DNA from: Pseudomonadota bacterium
Lineage (GTDB): Bacteria > Bdellovibrionota_B > Oligoflexia > Oligoflexales > CAIYRB01
Assembly: GCA_031416315.1 (NCBI GenBank)
Contig: JANOTL010000094.1
Coordinates: 1-64,000, forward strand
Direction of reading: 5' to 3'
DNA: 64,000 nt
The notes under the pieces were generated by a model. That model saw only the letters and a program-made list of their open reading frames with translations. It was not told the DNA's origin and searched no databases. Shown in pieces: positions 29,695 through 38,847 of this stretch (positions are counted from its first letter, which is position 1; the number at the start of each line of letters is the position of its first letter). The position numbers and the translations under genes are program-made.

Positions 29695-29738
29695 AAACGC
29701 CCGCGCACCGAGTCTTGCTGGATGACGAACCCGCCTAG
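29592..29738 (+). CDS. ccoS: cbb3 oxidase maturation protein CcoS/FixS
   Basis: MEVLYVIVPLAV...FRWAARSGQLDDMKTPAHRVLLDD; overlaps the ccoI tail. Confidence 0.93.
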   Translation: MEVLYVIVPLAVAFAGGAALAFRWAARSGQLDDMKTPAHRVLLDDEPA

Positions 29739-29897
29739 GGCCACCCCTGGCTGAGTGGTGGTTCGTGCATCTAGTCCATGACGATCGGACGATCGCGGAA
29801 GAGCAGAGGGACGGAGAACGCCGAAGAGCTCTTCCGTCGCCCCTGGCGCGGGTAAAAGTCTCCTCAGCGCTTCCGCTCCTCCGAGCTTCTGGGATAT

Positions 29898-30311
29898 TCA
29901 AAGTTTCTTTGGCGTCGCCGCAGCCCCGAGATCGCGAAGCGTCGAGTGGCATTTCATGCAGTCCATGACGACTCGGATGTAGCCCATCGCGACGCCGTCG
30001 AGGTTCTTGGCATCCGCCTGTTCGACGAGGTAGCCGGCGGATTCCTGGAAGCTTTGCGCCCGGATCAGGAACTCCGGCGATTCCGCCCTGTACCACTCGG
30101 TCGCCCGGCTGAGGTCCTTCAGCGCGGCAGCGTTCGCTTTCATCTTCGGGAAGTCCGCTAGCGCGAGCCCGTCGAGGACGCCGTGAATGTTCTCGAGCTT
30201 GCGGCGCATCAATGCTTGGGTCGTGGTCGTCTTGTCCGCGGCTTCCAGCCCGGCCGCAGCCGGCACCAGGATCGCGAAGCCCAGCGCCGCCATACGAAGA
30301 GTCGATCTCAT
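29898..30311 (-). CDS. Secreted helical monoheme cytochrome c (cytochrome c'-like)
   Basis: Signal peptide, all-helical sequence, C-terminal CMKCH. Confidence 0.8.
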   Translation of the reverse strand: MRSTLRMAALGFAILVPAAAGLEAADKTTTTQALMRRKLENIHGVLDGLALADFPKMKANAAALKDLSRATEWYRAESPEFLIRAQSFQESAGYLVEQADAKNLDGVAMGYIRVVMDCMKCHSTLRDLGAAATPKKL

Positions 30312-30706
30312 GACAGTACCTTTCCCAGCGCCACGAGCGCGTCCGTGTCCGTGAAAATGCCGAGCAGGTGATCTTCATCGTCCACGACCAAAGCCGAGCC
30401 GATGCGGCGCGCCGCCATCTCCGTGGCAACATGGGCGACTGCGGTCTCCGGCGATACCTTGTAAGGCTCCGGGGTCATCGCGAAGTTGACCTTCGCCTTC
30501 TTGAAGTCGATCTCAGGAAAGAGCGCGAGAACGTAGAGATCCCGCTCCGAAAGCATGCCGACGACGCGACCTCCCGAGCGCACGGGCAAGTGTCTAAATT
30601 TGTGGTCCTGCATACGCTGTCGCGCCACTGCCAGAGTCTCGTTAGGCTCGATGCCGTGAGCGGAGGTCGACATGAAGCGCGCGACGGGGATGGGTTCTTG
30701 CGTCAT
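30308..30706 (-). CDS. CBS-pair protein (1 of 4)
   Basis: FRHLPVRSGGRVVGMLSERDL, IGSALVVD...LLGIFTDTDAL. Confidence 0.92.
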   Translation of the reverse strand: MTQEPIPVARFMSTSAHGIEPNETLAVARQRMQDHKFRHLPVRSGGRVVGMLSERDLYVLALFPEIDFKKAKVNFAMTPEPYKVSPETAVAHVATEMAARRIGSALVVDDEDHLLGIFTDTDALVALGKVLS

Positions 30707-30750
30707 GGTGGGGAGCTCCTAGGTTCAAAGGGCGGGTGACTTGGGTCCAA

Positions 30751-31251
30751 TCAGAGGTAAGGCACTTCGCCGATCCTCGTCGCGCGGAGCGGCTCGGCCG
30801 TCGCGGCGTCGCCGCGCTCCACGACCAAGCGATGCTCGTCGAGCGTCGCGCGGTCCGCCTCGGGAACGCCGAGGGAAAACGGCTCGAGCTCGAACGTGCA
30901 GAGGCAGTGTGCGTATTTCTCGCCATGGACTGCGAGCGTCAACGTGTCGCGCGCCTGGGTCCACGAGGCCCTCAGCTTGACGACACGGGCACACGTCATC
31001 GGCAGCTTCTGAACCGACAACGTCAGGCTCCCGTCCGGCGCGGCGTGCCGGAACAGACGCATATTCTCCGGGCTGGCGCTCCCGGCCTCGGTGACGACGG
31101 CGCAGTGCGCCGTGACCGGCACGTCGACGAAGCCGTCGCCAGCTCCGGCGCGCCCCGAGAACGGGCTTTCCTTGATCCTCCCAGAAGTCTCGCCGCACGA
31201 TGCCAGCAGGAACGGCATCAATAGGGTCGCGAGGGAAAGGGCGCGTCGCAT
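30751..31251 (-). CDS. Hypothetical lipoprotein with Cys-containing beta domain
   Basis: Lipobox LLAS-C; TC...AHCLC; GGAGG RBS. Confidence 0.7.
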   Translation of the reverse strand: MRRALSLATLLMPFLLASCGETSGRIKESPFSGRAGAGDGFVDVPVTAHCAVVTEAGSASPENMRLFRHAAPDGSLTLSVQKLPMTCARVVKLRASWTQARDTLTLAVHGEKYAHCLCTFELEPFSLGVPEADRATLDEHRLVVERGDAATAEPLRATRIGEVPYL

Positions 31252-31281
31252 GGTCGTCCTCCAAGGTTAGCGCACGTCCAC

Positions 31282-31296
31282 GCAAGTTTGGTGCCG
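31282..31296 (-). promoter_or_regulatory. sigma54 promoter (lipoprotein-CBS-cytochrome c' unit)
   Basis: CGGCACC-AAAC-TTGC. Confidence 0.75.
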
Positions 31297-31305
31297 GGGC
31301 GTTTC

Positions 31306-31319
31306 GCGTGATTTCACGC
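31306..31319. promoter_or_regulatory. Palindromic operator centred between divergent sigma54 promoters
   Basis: Perfect GCGTGA-TT-TCACGC, 9 and 10 bp from the two -24 boxes. Confidence 0.7.
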
Positions 31320-31329
31320 ACCGACGGCT

Positions 31330-31344
31330 TGGCCTCGCACTTGC
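31330..31344 (+). promoter_or_regulatory. sigma54 promoter (hybrid kinase-HDOD-PAS kinase unit)
   Basis: TGGCCTC-GCAC-TTGC(A). Confidence 0.7.
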
Positions 31345-31388
31345 AGCGAGATGAGCTCCTCATCTTTGATTCACTCGCCGGAGAAACC

Positions 31389-32963
31389 ATGTCCACTCGA
31401 CTCGGTGCGATGTCTTCCATCGCGCGAATGGATGGAAGCATTCGGGTTCTGTACATCGAGGACTCCGCCAGCGACGCGGCGCTCCTGCGCGCGGCTCTTG
31501 CGTGTGACGAGTCGTGCGCGAAGTTCGACGTCGCCGTCGAATCGACCTTGACCCAAGGCCTGCGGCGCCTCGAGGCCGATCGACCCGACGTCGTGCTGCT
31601 CGACTTGAATCTCCCGGACTCCAACGGCTTTGCCACCTTCGAGCGGCTGGAGCACCATGCGCGCCAGCTCCCGGTCATCATCATGACGTCAATCGGTGGC
31701 GAGGCGATCGCCGGCGCGGCTGTGGCTCGCGGGGCTCAGGACTATTTCCACAAGCACCGCTTGGACGCATTTTGGGTGTCGCGCGCCATCTACAGCGCCA
31801 TGGGACGCTTCAAAATGCAGCGACGACTCGATGCGGCGTTGGACGAGCGCGGCGAGTTCCTGTCGACGCTCGCCCACGAGATCCGCTCGCCTCTGGGCTT
31901 GGTCATCATGGCGACCGAGCTCGCCTCGGAGCAATCGGGGCACCAAGATGCCGAGGTGACCGAGCTCCTTCGCGTCATTCGCAGCGGCGGCCTCCATCTC
32001 AAGGCTTTGATCGACGACCTCCTTGATCTGGCGAAGCTCGACGCCGCGAAATTCGGCTTCGTTTGGCGCGAGGAGGCGCTGGTGCCCTTGTTCGAGGCGG
32101 CGATCGACGTCGCGCAGCCGGCATTCAGGTCGAAAGGCGTCGCCTTGACGTCGTGCTTTGCCACCGATCTGCCGCCGACGCTCGAAAGCGACCGGCAGCG
32201 CGTACGGCAGGTGCTCGACAATCTTCTCAGCAATGCGCTGAAGTTTACCGATGCGGGCGGTCACGTCCGCATGAACGTGGCCGTCGATCGAAGGGCGTCC
32301 GCCTTGGTCGTAACCGTCGCGGACGACGGCTGCGGAATCGCCGCGGCCGCTCATGACCGGCTTTTTCTGCCATTTTCCCAGGTCGGCGGTGGCGGCCAAG
32401 GCGGAACCGGGCTCGGATTGAGCCTCGCCCGTCGTCTCGCCGAGGGGCTCGGCGGCGAGCTCGAGCTGGTCTCCAGCGCCCCCGGCCGCGGCTCGGTCTT
32501 TCGGTTCACGCTCGCGACCTCGGCGCCGGTCTTGTCCGTCGCCGGCTCACTTGCCGGTCTGCGCGTCCTTCTGATCGATGACTCGCATGACGCCTGCCTC
32601 GTGTCCCGCAAGATGCTGGAGGCAGACGGTGCGGTCGTCGAGAGCGCCGGCGATGGGCGCCGTGGCGTCGAGATGGCGCTCTCGGAGCGCTTCGATGCGG
32701 CCGTTCTCGACCTCGAGATGCCGGGCATGGGTGGTCTAGAGGCAGCACGCACTTTGCGCCGAAGCGGCTCGGTGCTGCCACTGCTCGCGCTGACGGCGCA
32801 CCGCAATGGCGTCGTGGAGACGGTTTGCCGCGAAGCCGGTTTCCGCCAGGTGCTGAGCAAGCCCGTCTCCCGCGAGGAGCTGGCGCGAGCCGTCGTCGCT
32901 GCCGGCGGAAAGGCCACCGCGAAGAACACGGTAAGCGGGGCGGAACGCGGCAATGGCAGCTGA
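31389..32963 (+). CDS. Hybrid kinase REC-HisKA-HATPase-REC
   Basis: LLDLNLPDSNG, LAHEIRSPL, GGTGLGL, VLDLEMPGMGG. GGAGA RBS. Confidence 0.92.
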   Translation: MSTRLGAMSSIARMDGSIRVLYIEDSASDAALLRAALACDESCAKFDVAVESTLTQGLRRLEADRPDVVLLDLNLPDSNGFATFERLEHHARQLPVIIMTSIGGEAIAGAAVARGAQDYFHKHRLDAFWVSRAIYSAMGRFKMQRRLDAALDERGEFLSTLAHEIRSPLGLVIMATELASEQSGHQDAEVTELLRVIRSGGLHLKALIDDLLDLAKLDAAKFGFVWREEALVPLFEAAIDVAQPAFRSKGVALTSCFATDLPPTLESDRQRVRQVLDNLLSNALKFTDAGGHVRMNVAVDRRASALVVTVADDGCGIAAAAHDRLFLPFSQVGGGGQGGTGLGLSLARRLAEGLGGELELVSSAPGRGSVFRFTLATSAPVLSVAGSLAGLRVLLIDDSHDACLVSRKMLEADGAVVESAGDGRRGVEMALSERFDAAVLDLEMPGMGGLEAARTLRRSGSVLPLLALTAHRNGVVETVCREAGFRQVLSKPVSREELARAVVAAGGKATAKNTVSGAERGNGS

Positions 32964-33010
32964 GGCGAAGGTTCGAGGATGCTTTCACCGCCGAGGAGAC
33001 GTCGCAAGTC

Positions 33011-33955
33011 ATGGTTAACAAGCCGAACGTGCCGGAGGGACGGAAAATCGTAGGCGCCCCCCTGCGCGCTAAGCTCGCGAGCTTCGCGCGGCACTTGCCG
33101 GTGTTGCCGGTCGTCGCGCGCGAGCTCGAGGCGCTACGGGAGGCTCACGACCCGACGGTCGTCGAGCGTGTCGAGCGTCTGGGCGGCATCGATCCAACTT
33201 TAGCCTTGCGCATCCTCTTCCTCGCGCGTCGACGCCTGTTGCCTTCGACCCGGGTGATCACCTTGCCTCACCTGATGGCGCGCGTCGGTGCGGACGCCAT
33301 CGTCGAGGACCTACGCACGATCACCGACGCGTCCGGGTCGGACTTGCCCGTCGCGGCGCAAAGCCTGTGGCTCCATTCTATCCAGGTCGCGATCGCGGCC
33401 AAGTACTTCGCCAATTCGCTTTCGGCTTTCGGGGTTCAGGGAGACGAAGCCTACCTTTGCGGCCTTCTGCACGACGCCGGCCGCTTCATCGAGCTCGCGG
33501 AAGATCCGGCGCGGTTCCAGTTCGTCGAGGCGAAACGCGGCGAGACGGCGGACGAGCTGACGCGGTCCGAGGCTTCCGTTTTCGGCATCGATCACGCCGA
33601 GATCGGCTCGGTCGCCTGCGCTCTTTGGGGCTTGCCTGCCCGCCTCGCGACGGCGATCGGCCGCCATCACGGCGATGCGGTCGTCCCGGAGGGGATCGAC
33701 GCGCGCACTCTCCATCTTTTACGGATCATCATCCTGGCCGATGCGACGAGTTTCGCGTTGATGGACCATGCCGACCTGCCGACCTACGATGCGTCTAGTC
33801 GTGCGCTGGCCTTCGAACAGCACGGCGTCGACCGGGCGGCTCACGCTCTCGGTTTGACCGTCGGCGCCGTGAGCATCACCCTCTCGGCGCTGCGCTACAA
33901 GAGCGCTGCGCTCGTTCTCGAGCTGTTCGCACCTTCGGAAAGACACGCGCTTTGA
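33011..33955 (+). CDS. HDOD-domain signalling protein
   Basis: LPVLPVVA, DPTLALRIL, LWLHS, AYLCGLLHDAGR, GIDHAEIG...WGLP...IGRHH. Confidence 0.9.
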   Translation: MVNKPNVPEGRKIVGAPLRAKLASFARHLPVLPVVARELEALREAHDPTVVERVERLGGIDPTLALRILFLARRRLLPSTRVITLPHLMARVGADAIVEDLRTITDASGSDLPVAAQSLWLHSIQVAIAAKYFANSLSAFGVQGDEAYLCGLLHDAGRFIELAEDPARFQFVEAKRGETADELTRSEASVFGIDHAEIGSVACALWGLPARLATAIGRHHGDAVVPEGIDARTLHLLRIIILADATSFALMDHADLPTYDASSRALAFEQHGVDRAAHALGLTVGAVSITLSALRYKSAALVLELFAPSERHAL

Positions 33956-35052
33956 GCGAAGACGCCATGTTTCGCAGCCTGCTTGAAGCGTCGCCGGACG
34001 GGATCCTGATCGTCGAGTGCGATGGTCTAATCAGCTTGGCGAATCCGCAGTGCGAGAAGCTGTTCGGCTTCCGCGTCGACGAGCTCGTCGGCCAGCCGCT
34101 CGAGATGCTCGTTCCTCGCTACGTTCGCGCGCAGCACGCGGGTCTTCGTGAGGGTTTCTTCGCCAACATGACCTCGCGACCGATGGGCGTCGGCCTGGAG
34201 CTCGTCGCCGAGCGCAAGGACGGCTCTTGGATCCCTGTCGAGATCTGCCTCAATTCATTCGCGCGGGAGGGACAGCGTCCCGCGGCGATCGCGATCGTTC
34301 GGGACACGAGCGAGCCGCGGCGCGTCGATCGGGAGATTCGACGGTTCAACGAAGAGCTCCGGCGCTCGAACGAGGAGCTCGAGAACTTCGCGTTTGTGGC
34401 GTCGCATGACCTGCAGGAACCGCTCCGGATGGTCTCGGGTTACGTGCAGCTTTTGGCGAGCCGAAACAAGGAAACACTGGACGCCGCGTCGAAGGAGTAC
34501 GTCGCGTTCGCGGTGGACGGCGTCAAACGCATGCAGGACTTGATCCGCGATCTTTTGAGTTACGCCAGAGTGGGGACGCGGTCCCAGGCTTTCGCAACCT
34601 TCGATCCAGCGGCCGCGGTCGCCATGGCGCTACGCAACCTCGGCGCGATGATTGAGCGATCTGGCGCCAACGTGAGAGTCGACGCGATGCCCGCGCGCGC
34701 CTACGGCGACGAGAGGCAGATTGTGCAAGTCCTTCAAAACCTCGTCGGCAACGCGCTGAAGTTCCATCGCCCGGGCGTTCAGCCGCAGATCTCGATCAGC
34801 GCGGAGATCGTGGAAGGCGAGCTTCGCGTCTCGGTCGCCGACAAAGGGATGGGCATCGAGGCGGCCTACGCCGAGAAGGTCTTCGTGATCTTCCAACGGT
34901 TGAACGGCCGTGACGATTATCCGGGGACCGGCATCGGCCTCGCGATCGCGAAAAAGGTGGTCGAGCGGCACGGTGGGACGATCTGGTTCGACTCGACCTT
35001 GGGGGAGGGCGCGACGTTCCATTTCACCCTCCCACTCGGCGATGAGAGCTAG
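33952..35052 (+). CDS. PAS sensor histidine kinase (Cph1/BphP-type kinase core)
   Basis: PAS (SPDGIL...RPMGVGLEL..RKDGS), FAFVASHDLQEPLR, YPGTGIGLA. Confidence 0.92.
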   Translation: MSEDAMFRSLLEASPDGILIVECDGLISLANPQCEKLFGFRVDELVGQPLEMLVPRYVRAQHAGLREGFFANMTSRPMGVGLELVAERKDGSWIPVEICLNSFAREGQRPAAIAIVRDTSEPRRVDREIRRFNEELRRSNEELENFAFVASHDLQEPLRMVSGYVQLLASRNKETLDAASKEYVAFAVDGVKRMQDLIRDLLSYARVGTRSQAFATFDPAAAVAMALRNLGAMIERSGANVRVDAMPARAYGDERQIVQVLQNLVGNALKFHRPGVQPQISISAEIVEGELRVSVADKGMGIEAAYAEKVFVIFQRLNGRDDYPGTGIGLAIAKKVVERHGGTIWFDSTLGEGATFHFTLPLGDES

Positions 35053-36308
35053 AGATACGCTGCCTGCCGCGCTTGCCACAGCAAGCGCTCCCTGGCGTCC
35101 GCCGGCGCCAGCGCCACCATGGCCCGCACGCGCCCTTCGACCGACTTGCCGCCGAGCATCGCGACGCCGTGCTCGGTCACGATCGTGTCGACGTCGTTGC
35201 GGCTGATGCTTACTTTGGCGCCGGGCTTGAGCTCGAAGACGATCTTCGACGTGCCGTCGCGTGTGGAGCTGCGGAGCGCGACGATGCCGCGGCCTCCCGT
35301 CGAGCGCTGGGCGCCGATGTGCGTCTCGGCCGCCCCGCCCACGCCGCTCAGCTCGTCGTGACCGATCGACTCGGAGCATACTTGCCCGGTCAGATCGACT
35401 TCGACCGCCGTGTTCACCGACACCATCGCGTAGTTGCGGCCGATACGGTAGGGATCGTTTACGACCGAGGATGGCTGGAGCTCGACGATCGGGTTGGCGT
35501 GCAGGAATTCGTAGAGCGCGGCCGAGCCATAGGCGAACGAGCCGACGACCTTTCCCGGCCAGAGCGTTTTGCGTCGGCCGGTTACGACGCCTTGGAGGCA
35601 GAGCTCCATGATCGTGTCGTTGATCATCTCGGTGTGCACGCCGAGGTCGCGCTTGGCCGAGAGCGCGCGCCCGAGCGCGTTCGGAATGCCGCCGATCCCG
35701 AGTTGGATCGTGCTGCCGTCTTTGATCAAGGCGGCGACGTGGCCGGCGATTTGATGCTCCTCTGCGCTCGGCTCGACTCTGGTGACGGTCGGCAAGGCGT
35801 GCGGCGCCTCGACGAAGGCGTCCACCAAGCCGATTGGAACGTGGGTCGCGCCGAAGGTCACCGGCATGTTGGGATTGATCTCGAGGATCACGGCGCGGGC
35901 GCAGCGCAGGATCTCCGGCTCGTAACACGCTCCCGGCCCGAGGCTGACGAAACCGCGTTCGTCGGGGGGCGTACAACTCCCCCAAAAAATCGGCGCCGGG
36001 TCCTGCAGCAGGAGGTTGCGGACCCATTGCGACAGATGCTGGGGAACGTAGTGCACTCGATCCTGTCCTTGGCGACGGCGCATCGCCGCCGTGAGGAACA
36101 TGACGCGGATCTCGAGGCGTCCGGCCAACTCCGCGTCGCCGAAACATGGGTAGTCCCGCGTGGGGTTCGCACAGTGAAGCCGCACCCCGCTCAGGGAGCG
36201 GCAGCGCGCGCCGATCGCGCTAAGGAAGGCCTGGGGCTCCGCAGCCGCCATCGAGGCGACGACCGTAGAGCCCGACTCGACGAAACCCAGCGCCTGTTCG
36301 ATCGGCAT
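35049..36308 (-). CDS. Acetyl-CoA hydrolase/transferase (4-hydroxybutyrate CoA-transferase-like)
   Basis: IKDGSTIQLGIGGIPNA, DLGVHTEM, EVDLTGQV, SGVGG, IVTEHGVA. Start approximate. Confidence 0.93.
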   Translation of the reverse strand: MPIEQALGFVESGSTVVASMAAAEPQAFLSAIGARCRSLSGVRLHCANPTRDYPCFGDAELAGRLEIRVMFLTAAMRRRQGQDRVHYVPQHLSQWVRNLLLQDPAPIFWGSCTPPDERGFVSLGPGACYEPEILRCARAVILEINPNMPVTFGATHVPIGLVDAFVEAPHALPTVTRVEPSAEEHQIAGHVAALIKDGSTIQLGIGGIPNALGRALSAKRDLGVHTEMINDTIMELCLQGVVTGRRKTLWPGKVVGSFAYGSAALYEFLHANPIVELQPSSVVNDPYRIGRNYAMVSVNTAVEVDLTGQVCSESIGHDELSGVGGAAETHIGAQRSTGGRGIVALRSSTRDGTSKIVFELKPGAKVSISRNDVDTIVTEHGVAMLGGKSVEGRVRAMVALAPADARERLLWQARQAAYL

Positions 36309-36338
36309 GGTGGCAATGCGGCTTATGACACGTCTCCT

Positions 36339-36376
36339 GCGTGAAATGACACTGGCCGCCCTGGCCTCGTGCTTGC
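36339..36376 (+). promoter_or_regulatory. Operator-like site plus sigma54 promoter of USP-1
   Basis: GCGTGA-AA-TGACAC (36339-36352), then 9 bp, then TGGCCTC-GTGC-TTGC (36362-36376). Second site GCGGCT-TA-TGACAC at 36318-36331. Confidence 0.68.
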
Positions 36377-36423
36377 AAACCTGAACTCGATCCATTCCAG
36401 CTCGAGATTGCAAGGAGCTCACC

Positions 36424-37455
36424 ATGTCTTCCCCCTCGCTCAACCCTAAAGGCCTCGCCGTCGTCTGCGTGGCGTTCGACGATGAGACGCCCGCGCTCGT
36501 TGCCAGCGCGCTCGCGCTCGCGCGACGAACCGGCGTCGAGCTTCGGCTCGTGACCGTGCTCGAAAACATCTTCGACGAGACTTGGGTGCTCGATAGCCCA
36601 ATGTACGGCGTCTCGAGCAGTTTCCTCAGGAAGGCCCAGGATGAGACCCGGAATCAACGCAAGGAACAGATGCAGGCGCTCGTCTCGAGCCTGCCGTCGG
36701 ACGTACCGACCAGCTGGGGTATCCTTTCAGGTGACATAGCCCCCGCCGTCGTCGCCGATGCGCGCGCGCACGCCGCGAACTTCATCATGACGGCCGCCAA
36801 TCTCGAGACCTATGGATCGCTGATGCCCAAGGGCTTTTCCGTGGCCCTGCGCCTGATGGCGGAGGCGCCGTTGCCCGTGCTCGTCACCAGCCGCGCTCAC
36901 CCGCTCTGTTTCGACGCGGTAAAGCCGTTCTCGATCCTGTTTGCCGACGACCTGCAGGCGGGGACGGAGGAAGCGGCGCGAAAGGTGTTCGAGCTGGCCA
37001 CCTGCCTAGGGCGCAGCCGCGTTCGCCAGGTGCATGTGCACGGCGATTTTCGTGAAGTGTTGAAAGGAGCATGGCACGATCTGAAAGAGCGTCATCCCGC
37101 GCTTGGCGGCGCTGACGCGTCGCCGGATTCGTTCTTGCGCGCGGAGTACGACGCGCGTCTGACGGCGCTCAAGGCTCGCGGCGGCGCTCAGCGCCAGGCG
37201 GCGTTGGCCGCCGGCGCTACGATCGGTCTCGAGGTGCTCACCGGGAACGTCAACGAGGGTCTGCAGCAAGAGATCGAGGCGAACCCGCCCGACCTCGTCG
37301 TATTCGGACGTCACCAGGCCATGAAGGCGCGGCCGTACCTGATCGGCAGAGTCGGTTTGCGCGCGATGCTCGGAGCTCGGCGCGCGGTCCTCGTCGTACC
37401 GCCGCACGAGCAGCTCTACGCGCCGATGCCGTTTCCGGTGCGCCGGGACGCATAA
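36424..37455 (+). CDS. Tandem-domain universal stress protein (1 of 3)
   Basis: USP-like motifs (APLPVLV, ILFADDL, VHV, DLVVFGRH, VLVVP). AAGGAG RBS. Confidence 0.82.
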   Translation: MSSPSLNPKGLAVVCVAFDDETPALVASALALARRTGVELRLVTVLENIFDETWVLDSPMYGVSSSFLRKAQDETRNQRKEQMQALVSSLPSDVPTSWGILSGDIAPAVVADARAHAANFIMTAANLETYGSLMPKGFSVALRLMAEAPLPVLVTSRAHPLCFDAVKPFSILFADDLQAGTEEAARKVFELATCLGRSRVRQVHVHGDFREVLKGAWHDLKERHPALGGADASPDSFLRAEYDARLTALKARGGAQRQAALAAGATIGLEVLTGNVNEGLQQEIEANPPDLVVFGRHQAMKARPYLIGRVGLRAMLGARRAVLVVPPHEQLYAPMPFPVRRDA

Positions 37456-37463
37456 GGCAGCGG

Positions 37464-37479
37464 CCCGGCGCACGCCGGG
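37464..37479. terminator. GC hairpin between convergent genes
   Basis: CCCGGCG-CA-CGCCGGG; no clear U tract. Confidence 0.4.
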
Positions 37480-37481
37480 GC

Positions 37482-37949
37482 TCAGATCGCGGTCGCTCCC
37501 GGACGAGCGGCCGTGATCACAGCATAGTGAAAGGGAATCGGCTTCGTCATCGCCGCCCGCTCGTTGCTGCACAGGCACTCGATCAGATCCGACGAGGTGA
37601 CGAGGCCGACGAGGCCGTGCTTGTGGTCGACGATCGGGATCGAGTCGATCTTCATCTCGAGCATCAAGGCGCCGATCTCCGCCAGGGTCGCGCCGGTGTC
37701 TCGCGTCATCGGCTTCGCCGTCATGGCCTCCGCGACCGTCACCGCCTCGATCTCAAGGCCGTCTGCGTCCTTGCCGCGTCGCGCGTGCAAGAGAACGTCT
37801 CGGTCCGAGAGGATCCCGACAAGCAATCCCTCGCTGAGGACCGGCAGATGGCGTACCTGCCATTCGGTCATCAGCGCATAGGCGTCGACGAGGGTGTCTT
37901 CGGGACAGATGCAGATGACGTTACGGGTCATGATGCTGGTGGCTTTCAT
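37482..37949 (-). CDS. CBS-pair protein (2 of 4)
   Basis: MKATSIMTRNV, VRHLPVL...VGILSDRD, IDSIPIVD...LVGLVTSSDL. GAGGAG RBS. Confidence 0.92.
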   Translation of the reverse strand: MKATSIMTRNVICICPEDTLVDAYALMTEWQVRHLPVLSEGLLVGILSDRDVLLHARRGKDADGLEIEAVTVAEAMTAKPMTRDTGATLAEIGALMLEMKIDSIPIVDHKHGLVGLVTSSDLIECLCSNERAAMTKPIPFHYAVITAARPGATAI

Positions 37950-37985
37950 CTTCCGGCTCCTCTTTGTGTGGACAGTCGAAGGGTT

Positions 37986-38057
37986 GCCAGAAGCGTTCCA
38001 CGACACCTTGCGCGATCTCGCGCAAAGAACGCTTTCCGCAAACGGCACGTGATTTGC
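37986..38057. promoter_or_regulatory. Divergent sigma54 promoters with an intervening palindrome
   Basis: Minus TGGAACG-CTTC-TGGC (37986-38000); TTGCGCGA-TC-TCGCGCAA (38008-38025); plus CGGCACG-TGAT-TTGC (38043-38057). Confidence 0.72.
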
Positions 38058-38112
38058 TTGGCAGATCGCGAAGTCTCGACTCACGTCCCCATTCGAACCG
38101 AGAGGAACTCTC

Positions 38113-38835
38113 ATGATTGCTGCGCGGCTGCTGACCCTGATGCTGGCTTCGACCGGATTCTCCACCGCCCTCGTCGCCGACGAGATCGTCGCCGTCGCCG
38201 CCGAGCGCGTCTTCGTACCGACTGGGTTCGACGACAATGACGACGTTGAGGTCGTGGTGGACGGCGTGTTTCCAGACACCTGCTATCACATCGTCCCCGG
38301 AACCTTCGAGGTCGACGTCGCGACCGGATCGGTGACCCTCTTCCCAAAGGCGCGTCGCTCGGATGCGCTGTGCCTGATGCTGCCGGTGCCCTACACTTAC
38401 GTCTTCAATCTCGGCAAGATGCCGATGGGCCGCTTCCGGGTGAAGACCTGGGACGGCGCTATCACCCGTGAGCTCCCCGTCGCCGAAGCCGCGAGCGGCG
38501 GCCCCGATAACGAGCTGTATGCCGCCATCGACAACGCGACCATCGAACGTCATCCCGACGGCACGATGCGCGTCGTTCTCGAGGGAATGTACACCAACAC
38601 CTGCATGGGCTGGGACCGGACGGAGGTGATCAACGCGAACGCCGAGGTCTTCGAGATCCTCCCGATCGTGAAGATCGCGGACCGTGCCGACTGCCGTAAC
38701 GAGAAGTTCCCGTTCAAAGGCGTCTCGGTCATTCTGCCGAACGTGCCGCCGGGGCGCTTTCTCGCTCACGTACGGGCGATGCACGGTGGTAGCGTCAACC
38801 GCGTGTTCACGGCCGAGCTTCCGACCCGTCGCTGA
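38113..38835 (+). CDS. Secreted GFDDND-motif protein, paralogue 1
   Basis: Signal peptide; VFVPTGFDDNDDVEVVVDG..PDTCY, PDNELYA, CM, ILPI, GRFLAHVRAMHG..VNRVF. Confidence 0.85.
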   Translation: MIAARLLTLMLASTGFSTALVADEIVAVAAERVFVPTGFDDNDDVEVVVDGVFPDTCYHIVPGTFEVDVATGSVTLFPKARRSDALCLMLPVPYTYVFNLGKMPMGRFRVKTWDGAITRELPVAEAASGGPDNELYAAIDNATIERHPDGTMRVVLEGMYTNTCMGWDRTEVINANAEVFEILPIVKIADRADCRNEKFPFKGVSVILPNVPPGRFLAHVRAMHGGSVNRVFTAELPTRR

Positions 38836-38847
38836 GATTGCGAGACT

